This document shows, piece after piece, positions 17,881 to 28,393 of a stretch of 64,000 nucleotides of DNA. The stretch's first letter is position 1. Each line of letters begins with the position of its first letter. This DNA is from Polyangiaceae bacterium (lineage in GTDB: Bacteria; Myxococcota_A; Polyangia; Polyangiales; Polyangiaceae). Position numbers and translations under genes: made by a program. The notes beneath the pieces were generated by a model. That model made no database searches and was not told where the DNA came from. It saw only the letters and a list, made by a program, of their open reading frames with translations. The stretch spans positions 384,001 to 448,000 of the forward strand of contig JBILLK010000002.1 in NCBI GenBank assembly GCA_044376115.1, in the 5' to 3' direction.

Positions 17881-18903
17881 ATGTCTGTCCCCATCGATGA
17901 AACTCGTCGGCGCGTGCTCGGGTCGGCCGAGATTCGTCGAGCGCTAACGGACTTCGTACGGAAGCGCGTCGCGCCCTCCGACGTCGATGACGTGGTCCAA
18001 ATGGTGCTCCTCGACGCGTTGGCATCGACTACGGCGCCGGAGAACCGGGAAGAACTACGCAAATGGTTGATGGGCGTCGCGCGCAATAAGATCGCCGATC
18101 TCCACCGCAAAGGGTCTCGGGAACGGCCTGCTGAGCTGCCGGAGATCGAGGTATCGCCACCTCCGGTCGAAGAGCAGGAGCTGGTACGCTGGGCCGAGCG
18201 CGAAGCGGGGAAGTCCTCGAAGGACGGAGTGAAGACGCTGGCGTGGATGGCGCGGGAGGGCGAGGGGGACAAGCTCGAGCACATCGCGGCCGAGGAGCAA
18301 TTGCCCGCGGCGACCGTTCGCCAACGCGTCTCGCGCATGCGCCGATTCATGCGGGAACGCTGGCTCGCAGAGGTTGCGGCGGTCGCTCTCTTGGGCGGGC
18401 TAGGCTTCCTCCTTTACCGCACCTTCTCAACCCCGGATCCGATCGCCGAGAAGGAGCCTCAGATCGTGGAAGAGCCGAGGAGCGCAGAGCCCATGCCGGT
18501 CGAGCCGTCGCGGCTGGAGCGCGCTGCACGGCTGCGTCAGACCGGCTTGCAGGCCTGTGCGGACGGCGATTTCAACAGCTGCGAGAAGTCGCTCGACGAA
18601 GCGCAGCGGCTCGATCCAAGCGGTGAGAACAGCCCCGAGGTGAGAGCGGCTCGAGACACGCTGCAGAAGCGCACCGTCGTTCCCAGCAGCTCGGCTGCAC
18701 CGGTGCCGGCGCCGTCAAGCTCGGTTGCTCCGCTGGCTGTGCCTTCGAGTACGGCCGCCATTCCGAAGTCAACCAGCTTCACCCCCCTCTCCAAACCCAC
18801 CGCGAAGCCGATGGAGACATCGCCGAGCAAGGCCCCGGGCAAGCCCAAAGCAAGTCCGAAGATGCCCTCGTCGTTCGGCAGTGACTTCAACTCGACGAAG
18901 TGA
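17881..18903 (+). CDS. ECF-type sigma factor fused to a TM helix and an extracytoplasmic region
   Basis: Region 2 (DVDDVVQ..WLMGVARNKIADLHR), region 4 (IAAEEQLPAATVRQRVSRMRR), TM segment VAAVALLGGLGFLLY, TPR-like hairpin, Pro/Ser tail. Confidence 0.75.
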   Translation: MSVPIDETRRRVLGSAEIRRALTDFVRKRVAPSDVDDVVQMVLLDALASTTAPENREELRKWLMGVARNKIADLHRKGSRERPAELPEIEVSPPPVEEQELVRWAEREAGKSSKDGVKTLAWMAREGEGDKLEHIAAEEQLPAATVRQRVSRMRRFMRERWLAEVAAVALLGGLGFLLYRTFSTPDPIAEKEPQIVEEPRSAEPMPVEPSRLERAARLRQTGLQACADGDFNSCEKSLDEAQRLDPSGENSPEVRAARDTLQKRTVVPSSSAAPVPAPSSSVAPLAVPSSTAAIPKSTSFTPLSKPTAKPMETSPSKAPGKPKASPKMPSSFGSDFNSTK

Positions 18904-18911
18904 CCTCGACG

Positions 18912-21900
18912 TTACTTCGCCGCAGCCAACGCTGCCTCGGAGGCGATTCGCTTCTTCTCCTCCGTGGAGACCTCCGGGTCCCGCAGCTTCTTGAGCACGT
19001 TGCACAGCTGACCCAAGTCACCCCCTTCGCTCGGACAAATCAGCGCAAAGTCGGCTGCGTTGGCCTCCAGCTCGATCTTCTCGTCGTTCAGGATGCGCGC
19101 CGCATGATCGAGGAACAAGGCCGCCGGCAATTGCGCCAAGGAGCGACGATGGCGCTCCATGAACCCGGCGTTGCCGGGGAAAAGCTTCGCTAGCTTGGGC
19201 TCACTGCGGCTCGCACTGAGCGCCGCCGCAACCACGCCCGCTTGCAGTTCACGCGAGGGATCGCCCACGGTGATCAGCTCATCCCGCAGCTCGCCCAGAT
19301 TGTTGCTCAGGGTCTCTGCGCTCTCCCCGAGCTCGCAGTTGAGGCGCGCCGACATCAAATCGGCACGGTGCGTGGTGCTCTTCGTGGTTTGCAGCGCGTT
19401 CTTCAGCGCAGCGCGTACCCCCGGCGCGCAATGCCCAGGATGGCGCAGCCGCGTAAGCAGAACCCAAGCATCGTAGCGTTTGCCGCGTTTCTGCAGGTCC
19501 ACGGCCGCAGAGAGCAGCCGGTCTTGATCGTAGTCCCCAGTGAAGGCTTTGCGCATGAACGCGTCGGTCAGCCCGTGTTCGCACTCGGCGGCGCGCTTAC
19601 CGTCTTTGAGCAAAGGATGAGCGGTGGTCGCGTCAGCCGCTCGCAGCGCGATGGCGCGGCTGTACTCCGAGCAGGTCGGCTGGACGAAGGCTTGCTTGTC
19701 GAGCTTGGTGCCGACGCACTTCATGCCCGAGGTCGAAAGTAGGAAGGTCTTTCGAGCTCGCGCGATGACCTCGGTGATCCCCGGAACGCTCGCGAGCGCG
19801 TCGGGCGTACTATCGAAGGACTCCTCGATGCTCTCGCGGCTGGCATTGGCTTCGAGTTGGCCGCGCGCGACCTGCAATAAGTCCCCGGCCAGGAGCGGCC
19901 GCTCGCGTTCGATCGCGAGTTGCGCCAAGACCGCGAAGGTCACCAAGCCGTCGACCGCGAAGGTGGACGACTCGCCAGTCACGTTTGGCTCGTAGAAGGC
20001 CGTGCGGGTGAGCACCGTACCGAGGGCTCGCATGGCCGCCTCTTCTCCACGCTCCAGATCGTTGTCCATGAAGTGAAGCACCGCCAAGAGAGCGTTGGCC
20101 TGCACGAAATAGCGAGCACTACCGTCGCGCGCGGGCTTGCTGTCGGCGGATTCAACGGTCACGTCGAGTTCGAATTTGTCCTCTTCGATCGACGAGAAGC
20201 CTGAGCCCACATTGAAGCCCGAGCCGTTGAGCACGAGAGGGGAGGCCAGGTCGAGGCTCAGCGCGATGTTCGAGGCGCGGTGCCCCGACGCGTGCTGAAA
20301 CACGTAGGAGACGTGCGGCACGTTGAAACGAAGTGGATCGGAGTTCGTCAGCATGCGGTCGAGCGCGAGCCGTGCACCGCCACGGTCCCCCGACTTCAGC
20401 TGCTGCAGCGCTCCAAGCACGCCGCTTACGGTCTCAACACTGACGTTGGCGCATTGGTCCGACGCAAGGCGCTTGAGGTCCTGCTCGAAGGCCAGCGGGC
20501 CTGAGGCTCCTGGCGCAACTTTGACCCGGCCACGCGAGTAGCGCATGAAATCGAGGAGCCAGGCCGCTTCGCCTTGATACTTGCGCGAGCTAGCGATGGC
20601 TTCCTCGGGCACACCTTCATCGTTCATTGCCCCAGCAACGGTGCTGGCAACCAAGACCAGATCGGCCTCGGTCTTCTTGCCCTGCTTGTACAGATCCTCC
20701 GCGACTTGGGTGAACCTCGATATCGACGAAGGGACGGCCGAGCCCGCTCCCCACGCTCGCGCGAAATCCACCATCAACCCGGCGAGCACCGAAGTTTCAG
20801 GCCCCCACAGCGAGCCGACGCCGTTGAACAAGAGCGCCACATCCGCCTGTCCTTTCCCTCGAAAGTAGCCCGTCCCCGACTCGAAGTAGCCGCGAACCAA
20901 ACGCTGGAATGCGCCCGCGGCAGGCCCCACGAACGGGGAAAGGTCGAAGGTCGCGAGAGCCCGTTCGGTGGTCACGCGAGCGTCCGCCTCGCTGACGAAG
21001 AACTTCGTCAGCGTGTCCGGATCGAAGCTCGAGGCGGTTGTCGCCTTGGGCTTCGCCTTGCCTTTGGGTGCCGGTTGCTGGCTAGCCGCAGCGATATCGA
21101 TTGCGTCGGAGAGCAGGATCGTAAGCAGCCGCGCGCGCACCGCCCAACCGCCCTCGCCCGACAAACTAGCGTGGCTAAGTACGGCCTTGCGCTGATCCCG
21201 GAGCTTCGCGAGGGCGCGTTGCAGCTTGGGATCTGCGGGCGCATCGTCGGCGCAAACGTCAGCGGCTGGCGGCGCGGTGAACGTCTTGTGCAAGCTATAG
21301 GCGACGGCTGCAGCGACGTTGTCCACGAAGCCAGCGAGTTCTGCCACTGCCGTTGGGTCCGCCGGAGCCTGCGAATGAAGCTTGGAAATGGCTCGTATGA
21401 GGGCGGCGCGCGCCTCCTTGCGCCCAGGCAGCGGCGCGTCTTTTTGCTCGAGATGGATGGCCCCGAGCGAGCCCGTCTGCGCCAATACACCATAACGAAA
21501 GAGCGCTGCTGCAAGCGAAGCGAGGCCAGCCTCCGGCAGGTTAGGGTCCTGCTCGAGGGCGCGCGTAATCGCAGCGAGGGATGCCTGCGGATCTGCGGCA
21601 TAGCCCGAGAAGGCTCGGTAAAGCAGCTCCACGGTGTGCGCCCCCGCGGCCCAGAAGCCGACCTCGCTACTCAGGTCCCCACGCAATCGCGCAACGTACG
21701 AGCTTGCCAGCGAGCCCACATAGCCCTCGCGCACCACCGGGGGCATGTTCATGCTGATTAGCCCCCCCATCATCGCAACGCGGAGCAGCTCGCTCGCGTC
21801 CTTGGCCTCGGCGACCGAATCCGAAGAGCTGCGCTCGGCCAACGCCTTGAGTTCGGGCGCCAACACCGGATCGAGAAAGGCGCCTGGACTCCCGACGAAG

Positions 21901-23207
21901 CTGAGTTGGTTTACACTTACGCGCCCCGGCATTTCTTGTGCAAGCCGCTGCAATGCTTCGATGTGCTTCTTGGCGAGTTCGGTGACACGACGGTGCGCAG
22001 CAACGCCTGAGCGCTTCATACCGACGAAACCACCTCGCTCACTGAGCAGCACTGGCAGCGTGTAAAATGCGAGGCCCTCGCGCTCGCTCAATTCGACAAG
22101 TGCGCCGTAGCTCTTGTCCCAATCGGCCAGAGGCAGCTTGCCCGCTCGCTCCCGAGAGCCTTCGCGCGCGAGCAGCGTCGGCAGGAAGTGCGCGAGACCA
22201 ACATCAGCGGGCTTGGTAAAGGTGAGCGCCTCTGTTGGCGGGCAGCCCTTTGCCTCGACGCGATAACGACGCTCGAACCAAGCGCCGTTGGGTCCGCCGC
22301 CGAGCGACTGCACCGCGGCGCGGACGCGCTCGTCGCTCCCTTCCGTGTGCTTGGCCTCGCCCGAAAAACGCAGCAGCTCGTAGTAGGGGCTCCCCGCTTT
22401 GTTGGGCCAGGGTTCATTGGGCTGCGTCGGTGTAGAGTCGTCGGTCAAAGAGACGCGTGAGAGATTGACAGCGGCCAGTGCCATGTTGGCGCGCAGCTTC
22501 GAAAGCTCCCACGGCGCCAGTTCACGGCTCGCCTGTTCGAGCTTATCGACCGCGCGCGCAGCCGCGACATAGTCGAACTTCGAGGCTGCCGCCAACGTCT
22601 CGCGCAGCGCTTCCTCCACGGCTTTTTCGGTCTGCCAATCGGGGGCCACAGCGCTTGTTGCGTACGGTAAGGCGCCGCCCGCAAAGGTGCGGATCGGGTC
22701 GCGCCCGTAGTAACGAGTGACCGAGGAATCCGGCTCGATCACCGCGAGCACGTGAGTCTTGGATACGTCGGCCAGCGCGACGAACACAGCCGGGTCCTCG
22801 CTGCCGAGATCCGCTTCAACAGCTTTGACGCCCTGCGGAAGGCTTCGGGTTTGACCGGCGTTCTTCGTGAGCAGCACGACTGGCGCAGGGTTCTCCGCAA
22901 GCGAGCCGAGCAGCTGCTTGAGCTGGGGACGCCCTTGGTTCGCGCGCTCCGCTGCGAGTGCTTCCAATAGCTCGCGTGGGTCGTCGCCTGCGAGCAGCGC
23001 CCGCGCGATGGCCTCTTCACAGCGCGCCCCCGCGGCGGAACACGCGTTGGCACCCGGGACCGCGGGACGAAGATCGCCTTCGCGCACACACGCAACCAAA
23101 AGCGTCGGCGCAAGCAGCAGCGTCACAAGGGCAGTTCGAGGGCCGAATGCGGGGCGGAAGGATTGTGTCGGCGACATCGGCGGAGCATACGATTCCGTGA
23201 TAGGCAT
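18912..23207 (-). CDS. Large hypothetical lipoprotein, predominantly helical (start could be 23177)
   Basis: 1431-aa ORF, lipobox LLVAC, Ala/Leu-rich, scattered Cys. Confidence 0.75.
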   Translation of the reverse strand: MPITESYAPPMSPTQSFRPAFGPRTALVTLLLAPTLLVACVREGDLRPAVPGANACSAAGARCEEAIARALLAGDDPRELLEALAAERANQGRPQLKQLLGSLAENPAPVVLLTKNAGQTRSLPQGVKAVEADLGSEDPAVFVALADVSKTHVLAVIEPDSSVTRYYGRDPIRTFAGGALPYATSAVAPDWQTEKAVEEALRETLAAASKFDYVAAARAVDKLEQASRELAPWELSKLRANMALAAVNLSRVSLTDDSTPTQPNEPWPNKAGSPYYELLRFSGEAKHTEGSDERVRAAVQSLGGGPNGAWFERRYRVEAKGCPPTEALTFTKPADVGLAHFLPTLLAREGSRERAGKLPLADWDKSYGALVELSEREGLAFYTLPVLLSERGGFVGMKRSGVAAHRRVTELAKKHIEALQRLAQEMPGRVSVNQLSFVGSPGAFLDPVLAPELKALAERSSSDSVAEAKDASELLRVAMMGGLISMNMPPVVREGYVGSLASSYVARLRGDLSSEVGFWAAGAHTVELLYRAFSGYAADPQASLAAITRALEQDPNLPEAGLASLAAALFRYGVLAQTGSLGAIHLEQKDAPLPGRKEARAALIRAISKLHSQAPADPTAVAELAGFVDNVAAAVAYSLHKTFTAPPAADVCADDAPADPKLQRALAKLRDQRKAVLSHASLSGEGGWAVRARLLTILLSDAIDIAAASQQPAPKGKAKPKATTASSFDPDTLTKFFVSEADARVTTERALATFDLSPFVGPAAGAFQRLVRGYFESGTGYFRGKGQADVALLFNGVGSLWGPETSVLAGLMVDFARAWGAGSAVPSSISRFTQVAEDLYKQGKKTEADLVLVASTVAGAMNDEGVPEEAIASSRKYQGEAAWLLDFMRYSRGRVKVAPGASGPLAFEQDLKRLASDQCANVSVETVSGVLGALQQLKSGDRGGARLALDRMLTNSDPLRFNVPHVSYVFQHASGHRASNIALSLDLASPLVLNGSGFNVGSGFSSIEEDKFELDVTVESADSKPARDGSARYFVQANALLAVLHFMDNDLERGEEAAMRALGTVLTRTAFYEPNVTGESSTFAVDGLVTFAVLAQLAIERERPLLAGDLLQVARGQLEANASRESIEESFDSTPDALASVPGITEVIARARKTFLLSTSGMKCVGTKLDKQAFVQPTCSEYSRAIALRAADATTAHPLLKDGKRAAECEHGLTDAFMRKAFTGDYDQDRLLSAAVDLQKRGKRYDAWVLLTRLRHPGHCAPGVRAALKNALQTTKSTTHRADLMSARLNCELGESAETLSNNLGELRDELITVGDPSRELQAGVVAAALSASRSEPKLAKLFPGNAGFMERHRRSLAQLPAALFLDHAARILNDEKIELEANAADFALICPSEGGDLGQLCNVLKKLRDPEVSTEEKKRIASEAALAAAK

Positions 23208-23212
23208 GTCGC

Positions 23213-25504
23213 GTGGACAAGCGAGTCACACCGGCTTTCGCTCTGGCTCTCCTGGTTGCTGGCTGCAGCGTTCAATCAGACAACGGCGAGTTCTTCGGCA
23301 CGCAAGATCGCTTTGGCAAAGACCCTCAAACCCTGTTTGTGAACGCCGGTGGCGAGCCCGAGTACATCGACCCTGGTAAGGCTCACGACAGCGTAAGTTC
23401 GAAGCTCGTTCAGCATCTATTTGAAGGGCTCGCTTCGTTTGGGCCGGACGCAGAACCTGTGCCGGGCGTGGCCGAGAGCTACCAGCGCTCAGCGGACAAC
23501 CTCTACTTTCGTTTCCAGCTGCGCAAAGACGCCGCGTGGTCGGATGGCAAGCCGGTAACCGCGCACGATTTTGAATACGCCTGGAAGCGAGTACTCGAGC
23601 CAGCGACCGCATCGCAGGCGTCGCCCAACGTCTACTTCTTGCGCAACGGAGAGCTCTTCAATCAAGGCAAGCTGCTGCGCGCTCGCGAGGCCGTGCCGGT
23701 GTATGAAGCCCCAAACGCGCAGAGCCAAGCCAGCTCGACGCTCGAGAAGGGCGCCATCGTGCTCGTGCTCGGTCGTACGCCGGTGAAGGTGGATTCGCAG
23801 ATCGCCCCGCTCACCGACATCCCTGACGGCCTCGAGTCGATCGGCTACGACGCCGCCAATCCGAAGAAGAAGACGGCCGAGAAGCTGGTGCAGATCTTCG
23901 CCAACGAGACGCGGGCCGTCGCTCCGTCTCCCGGCGCCCTGCCCGTGGGCGACTACAACCTCGTGCGGGTCCGAGCGCCAGTGATCTGCAACGGAGACAA
24001 GGACTACTTCTTCGAGTTAGCGGGGGAGGACGGCAAACCCGTGGGCGTGCTTCCCGGGTGCATGCTCAAACCAAGCGCCGCCAAGCAGAGCAAGGCTTTG
24101 ATCGCCAAGTGGGACTCTGCGCCCACCTTCGATCCCAAGGCGCGCGCCCAGCCAGCGCCCTTACCCACGCCCTTGGGCTTTGCGTCCGAGGAGAACCTCA
24201 TCTCCGATACGTCGATGTTGGGCGTGCGCGCTGTGGACGATCACACCCTGGAGGTCGAGGCGGAGTACCCCGTGCCGTACATCCTTGATCTTCTATGCGC
24301 GCCCACCACCTATCCAGTGCGCAAAGATCTCTTGGAGCCATTCAAAGAGCGGGGGGAGCCCGACCTATGGACTCGCCCAGAGACCTTCATCGGCAATGGC
24401 CCCTACATGATCGACTCGTGGAAGTTTCGCTACGAGATCCGCATGAAGCGAAACCCGCACCATCGCTACATGAACAAGCTGAAGATCCACAACATCGTGT
24501 GGATGGCCGTCGAGAGTTACGTCTCGACGATGAACCTCTACAAGGCGGGAGAACTCGACTACATCGGGGACAATAGCTCGCTGCCTCCGCCGTATCTCCC
24601 AGTGCTGCGTAAGAAGAAGGACTTCGAGCTTACCAACTACGTGGGCACGTATTGGTATGAGCTCAACACCAAAGTACCCCCGCTCGACAAGGTCGAGGTT
24701 AGGCAGGCGCTTAACCTGGCGATCGACAAACAGCAGCTCGCGGACAAGGTGCTGCGCGGCAGCCAAGCTCCAGCGACTCACTTCGTGCCCGACTTCATGG
24801 GCCAGGGCTACGCCGACTACGTCGAAGAGCTGCGCGCCAACTCGAAAGATCCGTTCGATGCCCCGGAGCTCAAGTTCAACCCGGAGCTCGCGCGCTCCCT
24901 GCTGAAGAAGGCCGGCTACAACATCGTCGAGAAGAACGGCGGCTTCGTCGCAGAGGGCGTCCCGCCGATCGAGCTGCTGTACAACACGAGTGAAGGGCAC
25001 CGCGCAGTGGCCGTCACCATTCAGGACATGTGGAAGAAGAACCTCGGCATCGAGGTACAGCTTCGAAATGAAGAATGGGGCGTGATGCTCAAGAACGTTC
25101 GCGACAAGAACTTTCAGGTGGTGCGCTTCGGTTGGATCGCCGACTTCGATCACCCGCAAACCTTCCTCGACACTTTCATGGCCAAGAGCCCGAACAACCG
25201 CACCGGCTGGAGCAACGCCAAGTACGACGCGCTCGTGCAAAGGGCGCGCTCCACCGCCGACGTCAAAGAGAGCATGCGGCTCTATCGTGAGGCGGAGGGG
25301 ATCCTCGCCGAGGAAGTGCCGAAGATTCCGCTCTACTTCTACACAAAGTCGACGTTGATCAAACCGTACGTCAAGGGCTTCCATTTCAATCGACGTAACG
25401 AGCAGCTCACCCAGTGGATGTGGCTCGACCCGAATTGGAAGAACAATTCGTCGGATGAGCCGGCCTTCCAAGTGCCGGCCTTTGCCGCCCCAGCGGCGTA
25501 CTGA
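23213..25504 (+). CDS. oppA: Oligopeptide ABC transporter substrate-binding lipoprotein with a large insertion
   Basis: Lipobox VAGC, EPEYIDP, LFEGL, WSDGKPVTAHDFEYAWKR, GNGPY, GWIADF, IPLYFY. Confidence 0.92.
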   Translation: MDKRVTPAFALALLVAGCSVQSDNGEFFGTQDRFGKDPQTLFVNAGGEPEYIDPGKAHDSVSSKLVQHLFEGLASFGPDAEPVPGVAESYQRSADNLYFRFQLRKDAAWSDGKPVTAHDFEYAWKRVLEPATASQASPNVYFLRNGELFNQGKLLRAREAVPVYEAPNAQSQASSTLEKGAIVLVLGRTPVKVDSQIAPLTDIPDGLESIGYDAANPKKKTAEKLVQIFANETRAVAPSPGALPVGDYNLVRVRAPVICNGDKDYFFELAGEDGKPVGVLPGCMLKPSAAKQSKALIAKWDSAPTFDPKARAQPAPLPTPLGFASEENLISDTSMLGVRAVDDHTLEVEAEYPVPYILDLLCAPTTYPVRKDLLEPFKERGEPDLWTRPETFIGNGPYMIDSWKFRYEIRMKRNPHHRYMNKLKIHNIVWMAVESYVSTMNLYKAGELDYIGDNSSLPPPYLPVLRKKKDFELTNYVGTYWYELNTKVPPLDKVEVRQALNLAIDKQQLADKVLRGSQAPATHFVPDFMGQGYADYVEELRANSKDPFDAPELKFNPELARSLLKKAGYNIVEKNGGFVAEGVPPIELLYNTSEGHRAVAVTIQDMWKKNLGIEVQLRNEEWGVMLKNVRDKNFQVVRFGWIADFDHPQTFLDTFMAKSPNNRTGWSNAKYDALVQRARSTADVKESMRLYREAEGILAEEVPKIPLYFYTKSTLIKPYVKGFHFNRRNEQLTQWMWLDPNWKNNSSDEPAFQVPAFAAPAAY

Positions 25505-25510
25505 GGGCTC

Positions 25511-26434
25511 GTGTTCGCCTATATCATTCGACGCATTCTCTCGATCATCCCGACGTTGCTGCTCGTCGCAACGTTGGTGTTCGTACTGCTTCGCCTAGCG
25601 CCAGGCGGCCCCTACGATAGCGAACGAGCGCTGCCCCCCGAGGTGATGAAGAACATCCTCAAGCAGCACAAGCTCGATGACCCGCTTTGGGTGCAATACA
25701 AGGACTGGCTTGTCCGCCTGCTGACCGAGGGGTCGCTCGGCTTCAGCACCAAATATCCAAACCGCACGGTCGAAGAGCTGATCGGTATGACACTGCCGGT
25801 CTCGATGCAGCTCGGCGTGATGGCGATGCTGACTGCGCTCGCGATGGGCGTACCGCTCGGAATCATCGGCGCTGTCCGTCAAAACACCTGGAAGGACTCG
25901 CTGGCGATGGGCGCTTCGATGCTCGGCATCAGCATCCCTCGTTTCGTGCTCGCACCGCTCCTGGTGTTGGTCCTCTCGCTCAAGTTGTACTTGTTGCCGG
26001 TCGCCCGTTGGGAGACCTGGAGGCACGCCGTACTACCGGTTTTCTGCGCGGCGCTGCCGATGGCGGCCTACCTCGCGCGGCTGACACGCGCCGGCATGCT
26101 CGAGGTAATTCGCTCGGACTTCGTGCGCACCGCGCGCGCCAAGGGTCTCTCGGAACGCGTGGTGGTCCTGCGCCACAGCCTCAAGGGCGGCATGCTTCCG
26201 GTCGTCAGCTTCCTCGGGCCGGGCTTCGCCGGCATGCTCGTCGGCTCGCTGGTGATCGAGAAGATCTTCGACATACCCGGTATGGGTCGCTACCTCGTCG
26301 AGGCCGTGCTGAACAAGGACTACAACCTCGTTTCGGGGGTAGCGCTGGTGTACGGCACCCTGCTCATGGTGTCGAACGCGCTGGTCGACATCGCCTACCG
26401 CTTCCTCGACCCGCGCGTGGAGATCGACAAGTGA
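25511..26434 (+). CDS. oppB: Oligopeptide ABC permease
   Basis: LAPGGPY, DFVRTARAKGL EAA loop, IEKIFDIPGMG, LDPR. Confidence 0.95.
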   Translation: MFAYIIRRILSIIPTLLLVATLVFVLLRLAPGGPYDSERALPPEVMKNILKQHKLDDPLWVQYKDWLVRLLTEGSLGFSTKYPNRTVEELIGMTLPVSMQLGVMAMLTALAMGVPLGIIGAVRQNTWKDSLAMGASMLGISIPRFVLAPLLVLVLSLKLYLLPVARWETWRHAVLPVFCAALPMAAYLARLTRAGMLEVIRSDFVRTARAKGLSERVVVLRHSLKGGMLPVVSFLGPGFAGMLVGSLVIEKIFDIPGMGRYLVEAVLNKDYNLVSGVALVYGTLLMVSNALVDIAYRFLDPRVEIDK

Positions 26435-27387
26435 GCGCGCCGTCTGAAGCCGTAGAGAAGGGCTCGAGCCTCTGGCGAGATGCGTGGAAACGCCTGCGCA
26501 AGAACAAGGTCGCGGTGGTCGCGGGTGTGGTGCTGCTGCTGCTCAGCATCGTCTGCATCCTTCACCCGATGTTCACCGCGCAGCCCTACGACAAGACCGA
26601 TCTGCAGCTCGGCGCCTCACCGCCTTCTGCGGCGCACTGGTTCGGTACCGATGACCACGGTCGCGATTTGATGTCGCGCGTGACCTTCGGCGGCCGCGTG
26701 TCGCTGAGCGTCGGCATCATCGCTACGTCGTTGAGCTTCATCATCGGCGTCAGCTGGGGCGGTATCGCGGGCTACTTCGGTGGTCGCGTCGACGCGTTGA
26801 TGATGCGCATCGTCGACGTGCTGTACACCTTCCCGCTGCTGATCTTCGTGATCCTGCTGACGGCCTTCTTCGCCAACCCCGACACGGTGTTCTACGAGCT
26901 GTTTCACAAGCTGCTGACGGCCCTGTACGACGACGTGAAGAACCCTCAACAGCTGTTCAAGATCGTCTTCGTGTTCGCGGCGCTCGGGTCGATGTCGTGG
27001 TTGACGATGGCTCGTATCGTCCGCGGCCAGGTGATCGCGCTGCGTGGGCAGCTCTTCGTCGAGGCGGCGCGCAGCATCGGAGTCGGCCACTTCCGTTTGA
27101 TCTTTCGCCACCTCATCCCCAACGCGCTTGGGCCGATCATCGTCTACACCACGCTCACCATCCCCGAGATCATGCTGACCGAGGCGTTCCTCTCCTTCCT
27201 CGGCCTCGGCACCGAGGAGCCGCTCTCGAGCTGGGGCGCCTTGATTTCGAACGGTGTGGAGTCGCTCGATCTTTACCCGTGGCTCACGGTCGTGCCCGGG
27301 CTCTTTCTCGCGCTGACCTTGTTCTGCTTCAACTTCCTTGGGGACGGCGTGCGGGACGCGCTCGACCCTCGCGTGCGAAAGGATTGA
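26431..27387 (+). CDS. oppC: Oligopeptide ABC permease
   Basis: SLWRDAWKRL, HWFGTDDHGRD, FVEAARSIG, EAFLSFLGLG, GDGVRDALDP; GTGA coupling. Confidence 0.95.
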   Translation: MSAPSEAVEKGSSLWRDAWKRLRKNKVAVVAGVVLLLLSIVCILHPMFTAQPYDKTDLQLGASPPSAAHWFGTDDHGRDLMSRVTFGGRVSLSVGIIATSLSFIIGVSWGGIAGYFGGRVDALMMRIVDVLYTFPLLIFVILLTAFFANPDTVFYELFHKLLTALYDDVKNPQQLFKIVFVFAALGSMSWLTMARIVRGQVIALRGQLFVEAARSIGVGHFRLIFRHLIPNALGPIIVYTTLTIPEIMLTEAFLSFLGLGTEEPLSSWGALISNGVESLDLYPWLTVVPGLFLALTLFCFNFLGDGVRDALDPRVRKD

Positions 27388-27391
27388 GCGC

Positions 27392-28393
27392 ATGACGTTG
27401 CTCACCGTTAGCGATCTCAAGACGCACTTCTTCACCGATGAAGGCACCGTCAAAGCGGTGGATGGCGTTAGCTACTCCGTTGGGGCAGGGGAGGTACTCG
27501 GTATCGTCGGCGAGAGCGGCTCGGGCAAGAGCGTTTCGAGCCTCTCCACCATGCGGCTGATCCCGTCCCCGCCGGGGAAGATCGTGTCCGGCAAGATCGT
27601 GTTTGAGGGTCGGTCGGGGACGCGGGATCTCGTGCAACTCAGCGAGAGCGAGATGCAACACATCCGCGGCAACGAGATCGGCATGATCTTCCAGGACCCG
27701 ATGACCTCGCTCAATCCTTACATGCGCATCAGTCGCCAACTGACCGAGGTGCTCGAGCTGCACGAACGCATGAAGCCCGCGGAGGCTCGCACGGTCGGCA
27801 TCGACATGCTGAAGAAGGTCGGTATTCCGGATCCAACGCGGCGCTTCGACGATTACCCGCACCAACTCAGCGGCGGTATGCGGCAACGCATCATGATCGC
27901 GATGGCGCTCTTGTGCGAGCCGCGCCTCTTGATCGCCGATGAGCCCACGACAGCGCTCGACGTAACGATCCAAGCTCAAATCCTCGATCTGCTCGATGAG
28001 CGGCGGCGTGATTCGGGCGTTGGCGTCGTGCTGATCACCCACGATCTCGGCGTCGTGGCCAAGATGGCCGACCGGGTCGCGGTGATGTACGCCGGCCGCA
28101 TCGTCGAGCAAGGCCCCGCTGAGAGCATCTTCAGCGCACCCGCGCATCCTTACACCGTCGGCTTGGCCCGCTCGATCCCCAAGCTCGACGGCGACCGCAA
28201 CCAACGCCTCACGCCGATTCAAGGGTCTCCACCGTCTCTGACCAACCTGCCCAGCGGCTGCCCGTTCCGCCCGCGCTGCCCGAACGCCAAGGCCGCGTGC
28301 GAAGAATCGTACCCGGCTGAACGCGAGCTCGACGCCGGGCACCGCGTGGCCTGTCACGAGACGGATCTCGATGCAGTTCGGAGGCCGACGTGA
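27392..28393 (+). CDS. oppD: Oligopeptide ABC ATPase
   Basis: [29 protein letters not shown]-terminal GCPFRPRC. Confidence 0.95.
   Translation: MTLLTVSDLKTHFFTDEGTVKAVDGVSYSVGAGEVLGIVGESGSGKSVSSLSTMRLIPSPPGKIVSGKIVFEGRSGTRDLVQLSESEMQHIRGNEIGMIFQDPMTSLNPYMRISRQLTEVLELHERMKPAEARTVGIDMLKKVGIPDPTRRFDDYPHQLSGGMRQRIMIAMALLCEPRLLIADEPTTALDVTIQAQILDLLDERRRDSGVGVVLITHDLGVVAKMADRVAVMYAGRIVEQGPAESIFSAPAHPYTVGLARSIPKLDGDRNQRLTPIQGSPPSLTNLPSGCPFRPRCPNAKAACEESYPAERELDAGHRVACHETDLDAVRRPT

Noticed and set aside
25687..26430. 566-aa OppC with a long Arg-rich N-terminus
   Set aside because: Off-frame overlap with oppB; the real start is the GTG at 26431 coupled to the oppB stop.
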